64,000 nt of DNA from Takakia lepidozioides (taxonomy: Eukaryota; Plantae; Bryophyta), in contig CM060731.1 in assembly GCA_030704615.1 (NCBI GenBank), positions 77,500,001 to 77,564,000 on the forward strand, given 5' to 3'. The notes below the pieces were generated by a model, which saw only the letters and a list, made by a program, of their open reading frames with translations, had not been told where the DNA came from and made no database searches. This document shows positions 52,481 to 64,000 of the stretch, one piece after another (position 1 is the first letter of the stretch; each line of letters opens with the position of its first letter). A program made the translations under genes and the position numbers.

Positions 52481-55400
52481 ATGTTGTTGATTCGCCTCTT
52501 CCATGCACTAATTTGTATTCAACAGCCTTTCGTGATGGTGTTACTGGGGATGTTGGTAATTCAAGACCGCCCACCTGGCCCCACTGGCTCTACATGGCAG
52601 CCAGACCCTATGTTTGATAGAAGAAAGGGGGAGGGAACGGCTGCTCAATTTGGAATGTATTCACAGTGTGGTGTCCCAAGGTACACCACCCACTACCCAA
52701 CTCTTGTGTTTGATTTTGGACAGTCCAGTTCTAGAGGGCCAGTGAGTCGTCAAGTTAGCTTAGAATGTGGAGCTGAGGCTAGGAGTAGCTGGTCCACACA
52801 GCCAACGGCAGAGCCTCTTCCCCGTCCCATGGGAGAGATGGCCCGGCCAGGCAACCTATCCATGCAGCCTTCCTCCCCAACTATGGGAGAGGCGAGTCTG
52901 CCTGTCAGTCAGTCACAACAGCTTATTGCTCGTCCAGAATCTGAGTCGGTTCCTGCTAAGGTGAGAAGGCCCGAGGACCAGTATTATGATCAGTGTAATC
53001 AGTTTTTGAAGCAAGAGAACTGTTGTGTTGGTCATGGTCCTTTGCATAGTGGCCACCATGGGCATAATCACCAAGTCCCATGGAGCCCTAAACCCACTAT
53101 GCACCCGTACCCTGAATATTCTATGGGAGATAAATTTGAACAATACTTGCGTATGTTTCAGATAACTGCTGAGATGAATGGTGTTCCTGCACAATTTCGT
53201 GTGGGTGTGTTTCGAATGAGTATGAAGGGACAGGCTAGAGATTTATTGCATGTTGTTGTTAACGATGAGCCTAACTTGACCTAGGACATGTTAATTCGTA
53301 AAGCTAGAATGTTGTTTAAACCAGCTGAGAGGCCCCTCGACTGATTTGCCAAATTATCTACACGGGTTTATAAGGAAGGTGAACCAATTTGGCAATATTA
53401 CATGGATCTTAAAGAGGCAGCAGCAGAAAACTTTGAAGATGTGGTGCAGAGAGATAATATGTTCAAGACCTACTTTTTGATGGGTTTGCCTGTTGAGATC
53501 CAGGCATGGGCTCAACGTCGCACATTTAAGAACAATGATGTTATGGTAGAGGAGGTTAGATTGAGGTTGTTAGATTTGGCTAACAACAAAGTAAGGCAAC
53601 AACATGTTAGATTTCAGGCTCCCGTCATGAGTCATGAATTTGATCATGTGTCTGCTACAGTTGCTCCCTATCTCCCGCCTGCTATGAAGGCCAGGGCAAA
53701 TGAATTATCACTGCAGCAATTGGCCAACACGGTGGAAGATCTCAGTAGCTCTATTGCTACAGTTTGCTGCTTTCAAGGTGAGTGATCAGAGGAAAGAGTG
53801 GCAGCCCAAAAAAAATGAACAAGGGGGTGGTGCCAACATGGGTCGCACTCAGACAGGTGACAGGTATGATAGTCAACGTGTTGCATGCTACATTTGTGGC
53901 TCACATGAACACTACACTAGGTTCTGCCCTGAGAAGGATGATGTGGCTGATTGGATTAGGGCCAAGAAGGCCGCTGGTCCTGGTCCTTTAAACTAACCCG
54001 ATCTCTTGGACAGGGGGCAAGGGATCAAAAATTGACTCACCTTGCTACTCAGGTTACGTTGCGTGCTGTCTTATCCACCAACTTTAAGGCCCTGCACTGC
54101 GAATTTAACAAGAAACATAAAATCCAAAAGATCAGTCCCCTAATGACTTAGTGTCATGTGCATGCATTGAGTTTCCTTTGTGTTGTAGACACGGGCTGCA
54201 CCATGTCTGCAATACCCCTGCAAGTAGTTAGAGTTCTCGGTCTTAAGCTTATTCCTGCTACCGGACTTAAAGTCCTTATTGCTGACGGGTCTAGATATGA
54301 ACCTTTGGGGATGGTTACTGTCCCCATAAGGGTTCACAGAAAAGAAGTTGTTGTTACATGCATAGTCACTATTGGGGATCAGTTCCTGCTGGGTCTTGAC
54401 TGGATGTCTGGAGCTAGAGCTACTATTAACTTGGGGGAATTACTCTGTGCATTTTTCTAATGGGGAAGGGAATGAGGTGGTGGTGCCCTTGAAATCAGCT
54501 ACTATGAGATCTGGATGCGCCACAGCCAATCTGTCTAGGGTATAAGCCATGGTAAGTGAGGTGAGACAGCGCTCCTTAGGTGACATGAATTGGTCTGATT
54601 TATATAAATACAAGCCAGATCTTCAGTACATGTATCAATGGCATGCTCCTGCTGTGGGCCAGAAAACTAGTGCCCCTATCACTGTGCTTAAAAACACCAC
54701 TTTGATACGAGCACCTGTTGATGTTGTCATTCCCCCCATGACCCAGAAGATTGTCAAGACTAGTCTTGCTTTCATTTGTCCTCGGGGTCATTATCTTGAA
54801 ATTGAAGGATGGAGGAGACTTACTGCACTAAGACACTGTCTTGTGGCTGCTGGAGTCCTAGATCGTGGGTACAAACAAGAAATTCAGATCCTAGTGGCAA
54901 ACCCAGAGCCATTCCCTGTCACTATCAGACGTAGTCAAGTTTTGGCTCGCATTTCTGCTTTGCCCATTACTGATATACATGAAGTCCAAAGGGGCTTTGG
55001 TTTGGAGGCTCTTGGGATTGTGTATGGACAGGTTGATGAGGTCATGGCCTTGGCTGCTAGTACTCCTCCACCTACTTCCCATTTGCCTGCAGCAGATCAG
55101 ACAGCTCTCAAGAAGGTTTTATCTGAAATTAATATAGGGGAGTCTCTTTCCAAAGCTCAGCGCAGAAAGGCTGAATCCTTGGTTGCTCGCAACTTAGACA
55201 TCTTCAGCTTAGGGCCCTCTGATTTGGGTAAGACTCCTATCCTGGAGCATGATATTATTACTGAGGGGGCTCCTGTCAAACAATTTGCATATCGAGAGAG
55301 TATTAAGGAAATGTCAATAGTATATAAGGAGATTCATAAGATGTTAGATGATGGTGTCATTAAACCTTCAGTTTCACCATGGCTAGTCCCATAGTCTTAG

Positions 55401-56318
55401 TAGGGAAGAAAGATGGGAGTACCTGTTTCTGTGTTGACTTCAAAAAGTTAAATGAGATTACTAAAAAGGATGCTTACCCCTTGCCTAGAATTAATGAAAC
55501 ATTAGACATGTTGCATGGAGTCACTGTTTTCTCCTCCCTTGACCTTGCTTCGGGCTTCTGGCAAGTGCCCCTCACTGAGACAGCCAAAGAGAAAACCTCT
55601 TTTGTTTGTAGGATGGATAAGTATTAGTATGAGAGACTGCCCTTTGGGCTTTGCAATGCAACCTCCACATTCCAGCGGTTGATGGACATTGTCCTTGACA
55701 ACCTCAGGTGGGAATGTGCTTTAAATTACATAGATGATATCAATGTTTATTCTGCTAGCTTTGAGGTTCATCTACTAGATCTTCAGAGGGTGTTCAGCAA
55801 GCTTAGGACTGCAGGATTAAAGGTTAAACCAAAGAAATGTGAGCTTTGCATGCCTGAGTTGGTCATGTGCTGACCAAGGATGGTCTGCTGCCTGATCCTG
55901 CTAAAGATTGAGGCTGTTTGGGGGTTTCCTGTCCCTAGGGATAAACATTGTGTCAAATCATTCCTGGACTTGCTTCCTATTACAAGCGATTTGTTAAGGA
56001 CTTTGACCAGCTTGCTCATCCCCTCACCAAGCTGTTACTCAAGGAGGCCCGATTTGAGTGGACCAAGCTGCAACAAGTAGCCTTTGATAGGCTAAAAGTG
56101 GCCCTCACCTTTGCCCCTATCCTCATCTTTCCTGATTTTCTGCTTCCTTTCAAATTGCAAACTGATGCATCTGATGTTGTTATTTCTGCAATCTTATGTC
56201 AAGTCATAGATAACAAAGAACACGTCATAGCTTATGCTTCTCGTAGACTTGATAAACATGAATTTTTGATAAGGAGGGATTGGCTCTAGTTTTTGGAGTT
56301 AAGCATTTCCGCCAATAC
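52481..56318 (+). pseudogene. gag-protease-dUTPase-like-RT-RNase H (N-half), inverted relative to its LTRs
   Basis: Broken ORFs with a CCHC knuckle, DTG, a dUTPase-like segment, [43 protein letters not shown] and VKHFRQY. Confidence 0.9.
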
Positions 56319-57588
56319 AGACACTTTCGCAGCCTAGGCCGTAAGATGTGCTGAGACTCAAAGCGTTCACCCCCCAAAATCAAAATGTCTGCATGCAGGC
56401 CATCAGTATGATCACACGTAAGCCCGTCCAACAAATCAACAGCAGAGGGTCTGAAGGATGACACCCTGTACTGAAAGCGAAGAGCTCGTAGCAGCAACGC
56501 TCATGTTCCCCAAATGAGCAGGGACAGCCACGCCTCGTCCACCAGTCCCGATTTCACAAATGACTGCGGATGACGCTTGGCAGATAACGAGTAATGTAAT
56601 CCCAGCTCTTCCCACGACAATTCAGCGTAGTCGAGAAATCGGGCCTTGTTCGTCGTCAATGAGAGCCTGCAAGCATCCCTAAGTTTCAAAAATTCACGAG
56701 CGTCCGCCAAAGTTTGCTCGTGCACACGTACAGGGTCCCTACAATCGTCATGATGAACAGCCTCCCTATGCTGTATAGTGTTAAACAAATCTACCTCATG
56801 CACTTCAGTTTCAACTTTGTCAAACCACAAGGTATCCTCCTCCACACCTCACGCAGAGAATTCTCAAAGCTAATATTACCCCCAACTCTCTCTCAATCTC
56901 ATTCGCTCGTTGTGTTGTGTCTAAAGAATCGGGATCATCTGAATAATAGCAATCATCATAGTTGTACTTGTCTGGGTCTCCACTCGGCAGGAAGCCTGAG
57001 CCAAAGCTCTCTGCCCTATGCAATGAGGATCGATGATACTCTTCTTCAGCTGCATGAATCAAAGCTTCATCAATGCTATCTGGAGAGCCAGGACGCACAG
57101 CAGAAGACAAGCTATCAGACAAAACAACAACAGTTGTGGGAACCACCACCTCTACAGGCAAATCGCCAGAAAGCGAAACCACCGGAGAAGCAACAGGCAC
57201 ATCTACACCTCGTGGCAACTATCAGACACAGAAGGCACATGAACATCAGTGGGAACCACAACATCAGTCGAACGACTATCAGAGAGCGAAACTACTGGAG
57301 AGACAGTCGAAATGGCAACGCCTGCAGGTAAGCTATCAGCTAGAAACGGGAGAGGAGCAACAACACCCGGATTCAAATTGAAGGTTAAGAGATTACAGCC
57401 GCCATTGTTAAAGCAAACCAATGAAACGCTAATAAGTGCGCAGGAGCTTAACGCGACAAATTCGGAGAGAGTGAAGGTGGCCGCCATCACGTAAGCTGTC
57501 TTATGCCCAAAACCCTCACACAGAGATTAGTACCCAACCACAGAGTCGTAAGCCAAACTGAACCTACATCCAATCTGCGCGTACCCGA

Positions 57589-57601
57589 CGCGTCTCCACC
57601 A
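57589..57601 (-). promoter_or_regulatory. Primer-binding site, probably tRNA-Ala
   Basis: Minus strand TGGTGGAGACGCG abuts the LTR and resembles the complement of a tRNA-Ala 3' end (...CGCATCTCCACCA, recalled). Confidence 0.7.
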
Positions 57602-58068
57602 TGTTTTGAGCAGGAGGAATATGCAGCGTTCCTCACCGTTAGCGCTCTAGAAAAGAAGGGGTATAGTTCAAAAGAGCATGCAATGCAGAAATTGAGGCAC
57701 ACAAACACGCAAAAAGGACGACACATAGGATTCTCACGCCTGTTCATCCACTGGCAGAACCCCGAAGACACACAGATGTACACCTTTCATACACGATTTC
57801 ACCAAAAGACCCTTGACCCCATATCGGGCTAACTTTATACGGGAGATAAGAGGTTAAGCCCCAGGCCACGTGCCTGCGTGCAACAAGACAGCCGGATTTA
57901 GACTAAGATCAAACCGTTGGGCAGTCAACGGTACAGATGCAGCCGCTCTAGCCTAGGTTACCAGTATTGCAGCGTATGTATAACGGTTATACATAAAGAC
58001 AGGGATGGTCATTGTCAGGTTTGAATGAAAACCACCATTATGAGGCAAGGAGAGAATGTTGCATCACA
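57602..58068 (-). repeat. 5' LTR
   Basis: Direct repeat of 50013-50477, immediately followed on the minus strand by the PBS. Confidence 0.92.
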
Positions 58069-60295
58069 GAGAGTCACACGGGGTAAAGGGATCATGAAGT
58101 CTTGTGTATGGTATCATAGGAATAGGGAACTTACTGGAATAGAATTCAGAAAGTGTCATTGGGAGATCCCAAATCCATATATCACTTCTCACTGCTGTTT
58201 TTGTGATCACCCCAGATTCCTAATACTGGGCGGAAACGAAAGGTATTCATCTATGCACAAGCGGTATCGATGAGTCACACATGTATTCCTTTTTACCGGT
58301 ACCTATGATGAATGGCTTAGTTAAACGTGCTATATGCTCGTATTATAAAACAAAAATTTCGGAGAGTATCTTGGGAATGGCTACACGTCGGAAGACGTCG
58401 TAGCTCCAGGACCATCTTTTGTCCTCTAGCTGCACACTTTCTGGTTACTAGGCGGTTTCTCCTATGTTTGTTTCAATCGGGGTAGAGCAAGGCATCCTGC
58501 AAAGTAAACTTGTTATGAATCTTGTCACTCAGCCCGTTTATAGGCCTGGTCTTGTTGCAATTACCTGCCGAGATCAGCACTGCTGAGGTTTGCAGCAGTT
58601 GGTGCCCTCCGCCGGGCATCCCCCCAGAACGTTGGATGGTGTTGGGGTCCCACACTGTGCAATGCTATCCTCAGCGAAGTAAAATTTACTCTTGGAGGCT
58701 CTGAGCAAAATGCGACCTTGTCTAGTTCCGCTGATTGATGAAGTAGCAAGTGTGGTGAGAGGGACATTAGGTTCAACGCAATTACTTAAGATCTTGCCCA
58801 CTAGAGAACATTATTGCAGCTTGTAGACTTTCCTTCCTCTATTGCCACTCTGCTACGTGTGCCCAGAGCCTTGCTTGAACAGAGCAGATGGAGGACTATA
58901 GCCTAACACCGAACCAGATTGATGTGTGACGTCCTAGCGGGCACAGGAAGGTTGAAATCGGAGGAAGGTCCAACTCCCAACTATCTCCACGCATGCAGAC
59001 ACCTCACTTCATTATTCCGACACCTTTGTCTCTTGCCGCTGTAGTTTATCCTGTCGGCGTCTGAAAGAAGGTATTTGCATCTTGTGACTCGTTGATGTGC
59101 TCATTGACTGTCTGAATTTGTGAACTTTGCATAGGACTTCGCTTTAAACTCCTCCTGGGGCTAGTTATGGGTTCTCCTAGTAATATTTTTGCAGGTTCTT
59201 GTGGTTATGAAGAGCAATTCCTCTAACGAATGCTTGGAAACATGAATTTGGTTTCCTTTACCGCATGGTAAGTCTTGACAGGCTGAATTGGACGTTGCGA
59301 GACATCATATTGACAACTTTGGGTTTTGAGTAAGGAGCAAAAACGATGCGGAAGGAAAAGGGCACAGGCTACGTGGAAGAAGGAACCCCACTATCAAAAC
59401 CAGCTACTCCACGCACAATGAAGAAGGTTAGCGACCTTTTTATTTGTATGTCCCCCTTTGCTCAATGAGGTAAACTTGGAGCCACTGAAGGTCGAGTTGT
59501 AAAATATGGCTGTTGTGTCAGTTCAAACCTTTTTCTATTTGGACATGGCTGGTCCAGCCCCCAGTATGGTCACAAATAAGAAAGAATGTACTCCTAACAT
59601 GATGTTTGATGGAGCCTTGACACAAGTGAGAAAAGTAGACAGAGACAGAAGACATGCCACCACCTGTCTACATCATTTGCTCCATTCTACTCTTATCTTA
59701 GGAAACACAGTTTTTTGTGGTGATTTCACGGATGTTTGTGAACTATTTGTTGGGTCTATCTGAAAGCTAACTTTCCTTGATCCCAGCTGAGACAGTAGCT
59801 TGATACTTTTGTAAATTAACGTTTAAGAAGGCTCCAATGCCTGAAAAAGGGATACTTTGGACATCTTGACAAGCAGCCCAGCATTACAGTCAGGGATAAC
59901 TTAAATGAGGGTTCTCTATTGACAATCCTACAAAACAGTTGGTATCACTTTCAAGAGTGGTGTGAGTGCAGATCACCCTGAGAGGTGATTGGCTGTGTCA
60001 GATTGAAATTGAGAATCCAGCTCTGGGGGACCTCCAGCTGGATATTCTAAATTTTTGCTGTCTGAATGAGGAGGGAAGGAGTGCCTGAGTGAGGAGTGAG
60101 AAGGGAGATCGCATAAAGCTGAAGGTGCTCTGCAGCATTCTTCTGCCGCAAGGCATCTGCCTTAAGGCCATGGTTGATGGATGGTTGATACATTTATGGC
60201 ATCCTCCCCCTAATGAAAAGCACTAATTTCCAACACTTTGCATGTATTTCAACCAGAAAAATAGAGCGAAGGATGTGTTCTGAGTTTAAGCTTGT

Positions 60296-62644
60296 TTGTG
60301 GGTGCAGAACGGGCATTCCCCTCCACAACATCCTGCCCTGCCACAAACCCCGGCCCCATACCATTATCCCTATTACTACAACCCATATGCATACCCTTAT
60401 GCATACCCTCCATACTCTCAACCACAGCACCCTCTCCCAGCAGGGCAACCTCCATACCATCCTCCACAACACCCTCCACCAGCAGGACATCCCCCATACC
60501 CTCCACCACCACAAGACCGTCCCCCAGCTGCTACTTATCCTTGGCCAGCTCCCCCTACATGGCCCGGTCCTTGGTCTGGCCAGCAGCCACCTCCTCTTAC
60601 AAGCAGCGAGGGGGCTGAGGAACTAGGTGGGGATGACGAAGTCAGTGAGGAATTAGGTGGCGACGAGGAAGACGACCTGCTTACAGGCAAAAAAGTGAGA
60701 AAGGCTGAATTGAAACATGAGCGGAAGGCCATCCCAAGAGAAATAACAAATATGGACAATGACAGGCAAGAGCTGGGGCTCCCTCTGTTCAAGGTTGAAT
60801 GCAATGATGAGGGGAAGAGCAAGGGTGACAGTGAACTAGGTGGAGACAAGGAAGATGATCCACTTACTCAAAAAAAGGTGAGAGAGGCTGAGTTGAAGCG
60901 TGAAAGGAGGGCCATTGCAAAAGAAATGACCAATATGGGCAATGAGAGGCGAGAGTCGGGGCTCCCTACATACAAAGTTGAATGCAACGATGAGGGGAAG
61001 GTAATTGGTCAAGGCCGGAACAAGTGGACAACAGTTGTGAGAAGTCTTGCACTCCAATACCTCGACCTTGCCATTGACAACATCAGAGAGCAAGATAAAA
61101 GCAAGCTTGCCTTAATCAAGAGAGAACTTGATGAGCACTTCGAGTATGATGGCCATCAACTTAGTGATAGGGCATTGCGCAGGCAGTGTGGTAATGTGCT
61201 GAGGAGTGAACGCAGCAAGTATAAGGCTCTTTGGATGGATGGCCATGATAAGCCTGCCTACTTAGGTGATACAGTCTGGGATAATCTCATTGCAGTTTGG
61301 ACAAATGAAGAGAAAATGAAGAAAGCAGCTGTCTTGAAACGTGCTCGGGCACAAGTTCAGGACCTTTCCCATGCAGGGCGTTTGGGCAAAGTTGGCATTG
61401 AAGCTAGATTGGTGGGTGTCTTTAATTTCTTCTTTTGTTGTGTGCTTTAAATCTGAAACTTATGCATCTTCATTGACTGTTGATGCCCCTAATTGTGACT
61501 AAGATAGCAGAGTGTTTATGCACACAAGAACAGAAAAGAAAGTTGCAAAGGAGCCCGTCACTCGGAGAGATAGCTGAACATGCCAAGTCACACAAGGGTT
61601 ATGCAACTGAAAGCCACGGTGCACCCATGGTGAGGCCTCAACTCAATGCGCGGTCCTCTTGTCATAGAAATCCTTCGTACGTATGTCATGTTGTGTCATA
61701 TGAAGTTCACATTGGTATGTGCTGTGCTGTTGTCTTATGTGTGCAATAACTCACGGCTAGAATACAGTACATACTCACAATTTGTTATGGCAGGATCATT
61801 CTGCTCTGCCAGGTGACCCCATCACAACAGATGCAACTCCCAAAGGCCTTGGTCATCATCATCGCCAAACTGTTGGTGTCCCTTCAGGCTCCGCAGAAGT
61901 CGAAACGGCGAGTGTTTATGTCCTGCAAGAAGCTAGGTTGAAGAACTTGGAAAGATGGAAGGAGACTGTGGATGAGAAGTTGTCCATGATTTCTAGCTCC
62001 ATGTTAGAGATTCGGGACATGTTAAAGGGAAGAACAGCTGCCAATGTGGCCCCATCGGCACCGGTGCCACATGATCTTGTAGTTCCCACCTGGTTGGTCG
62101 CATCTGTTGCACCTACTGTTGAGGCGGGGGAAGACATGGTCATTGAAGAAGTTGTGCACGAAGCAACTATCAACGTGGGATTGTTGGCGGTACAGCACAC
62201 TGCCACCAAAGATTAATGAGCATTTCCTTCCAGTACTTTGTGTTAGATCAGGTACATATGGAATGTTTGCAAATATGTTAAGATGTTTTTAGCTCAAGTA
62301 TGTGTGGTGGCTTGCAGGATGTTGCTGCTACGCAGCGTAGCCATGAGACAAGCCTGCAACTTCCCGTGGCTGCGCCCACCTTGAATGTGACGGGCACTGC
62401 TACTTCAGAATCTCCAGTGGCTGATATGTTGGGAAAGAGGAAAACTTGGGATATGGGGAAAGGGGGGGAAATCCAAATGCAAGATAGTGAGAGTACAGAG
62501 GAAGGAGGGAGGCGAGAGAGTGAGAAGGAACATGAAAGGAAAAAAGAGAGGGCAGGTAAAAAGAGGGAGAGAGTTGGGGAGAAGTCCAGGCCTAATACGA
62601 GAAGGAGAACTAGAGAGGGAGGTCAAGTGGCTGTGGATGACTGA
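60296..62644 (+). mobile_element. CACTA/En-Spm TnpA-like (Ptta/En/Spm Transposase_24-type) intron-containing gene
   Basis: KPAYLGDTVWDNLIAVWTNEEKMKKAAVLKRARAQ....HAGRLG fits the P...W..L...W......R.....H..G pattern. Pro-rich N-terminus and downstream coiled-coil. No CACTA TIR identified; boundaries approximate. Confidence 0.6.
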
Positions 62645-64000
62645 ATTTCATGGGCAAGAGTCAGCCTGGACAGGGAGCCATGATTTGAGGTCAGTGCCTT
62701 CTGCTACGGAAGCATGAGGAAATCCCCTCTCACACTGAATAAATGTTAAGTATCATGAGAACACAATTATAGACAGAGTGAACACTGCAACAATTATGCA
62801 GGGTGATCCATGGGAAATAAGACGCTGTCAAGGGTACATAAAGTGGAGATGAAAATCAACACATCGATTTATTGTTGCCTGATGCGTTGAACTTGCAACC
62901 AGGCCTCTTCATTTAGGCAAGTCTATCAAACTATGATTCCAACATGTGGGGAAATAATTTACAGATAGCTAAATGTGTAACTGCCATGGATTGTGCAGGT
63001 TAAAGTAGTGTGGTCCAATGATTCATATGAAACTAGCCAAGGTAGGTGGCATGTGAGAGCATTAGGGTTGCAATAAGACGACATTGTCAATTAGGTCATC
63101 ATTTGTTATGAAAATGAGTAAAATGGGGGTTGACAAATCTCTACAATGTGACTAACTGGCAATTTTCTGTTTTTATTTTTTGGAAATAACTGAAGGCTAT
63201 AGTGGGGCATCTTGCTCCTTCAATTTTCCTTTTTTTCCTGAGAAAGGGGACGGAGCCGGACGGAGTTTTGATCAAATTAATGGAGGACAAGATAATCTCA
63301 AAGGCCATAACGCAACAGGGAAAGGCCACTTCAGGACCGCAGTAACCAACACTCCTTCACAAGCGAGAGCTGAACCACTGCAGTATAGCTACACAAAGAC
63401 AAACCGGAAAGGAATAGTGCACAAACAAGGAAACAGGAAGGAGTGTATAGGGGAAGGCCTTGAGTGGAGGGCTTTCTTGGATTTGAGGGCCTCAAGTCTA
63501 GGGCAGTAGACCAAGGCGCAGGCTTGACATACAAGGGCCTTCCCTGTGTACCTATTCCCCTATACAAAAAAATTCAAAATTCAAATTCAAATTCATAATA
63601 TACATGTTTATTTTAATTCTAAATTTTAGCTCTTTCTTTTTCCTTTTTCTTTTTTGTTGGCCAAAACACTAGGAACCGTTCATAAATATGTCAATAAAAA
63701 GAAAAAAGCCATACAGAAATTAGGAGCAAAAAATCCCACCTCCCATCCTCCCCCAGCTTTTTTTTTGTTTTATTTTTCTTAAGAGAACAAGGGATTGGAG
63801 CCATGGGGAACTTTATTGGCTCCTCCCTCAAGAGGAGACCACGCATCACTTTTGAAAAAGTGGGATGATCCTGATATACCTACATCCGATCTTACCTACA
63901 ACAAGGATACAACACCCGAAGCCCTATGTTGTAGATAAACCTGCCCTAGTTAGCAATGGATGTTAATAATATGGAGTAGCTCCATAAATGTGTAGTTAAT

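Larger units (their letters stand above)
50003..58068 (-). mobile_element. Ty3/Gypsy LTR retrotransposon, degenerate, with internal inversion
   Basis: Ends TGTGA...TCACA with a 4-bp GAGA duplication (49999-50002, 58069-58072) and ~465-bp direct repeats. PBS and PPT are on the minus strand. Encodes gag zinc knuckle CYICGSHEHYTRFC, protease VDTGC, RT YIDDI, RNase H and DDE integrase in PR-RT-RH-INT order. Confidence 0.92.

Noticed and set aside
56714-57832. Plus-strand ORFs in and near the 5' LTR
   Set aside because: Antisense to the element's coding strand or LTR read-through; no domain evidence.
58070-59000. Possible decayed coding sequence flanking the LTR element
   Set aside because: All frames I read are interrupted and I could not assign a family.

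Overview
Eukaryotic land-plant nuclear DNA with spliceosomal introns; the gene content suggests a non-flowering lineage, but that is inference. From left to right: a decayed hAT transposase (~0.4-2.4 kb); a PLS-DYW PPR RNA-editing factor whose last 18 codons are frameshifted; and a gene-fragment-rich zone (~8-18.5 kb). That zone holds a PRA1 fragment, DUF538 exons fused to a permuted MatR-like group II intron maturase, an orphan expansin exon, an F-box/kelch pseudogene, an orphan RabF exon and a triple zf-GRF ORF. Next come a many-exon stand-alone HELQ-like helicase (-), a GH3 beta-xylosidase (+), an F-box gene (-), a class 3 lipase (-) and a TMEM62-like metallophosphoesterase (-). An ~8 kb Ty3/Gypsy element (50003-58068) and a CACTA TnpA-like gene close the window. 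Two candidates stand out. (1) The DUF538::maturase chimera, in which RT domain 7 precedes RT0-RT6. (2) The Gypsy element, which has a dUTPase-like domain, an internal 4.26 kb inversion and an A1...B1-A2-B2 terminal layout suggesting integration from a circular intermediate at an internal att-like palindrome. Several frameshifts are single-G losses and may be assembly errors. All homology calls are by eye or from memory; no searches were run.
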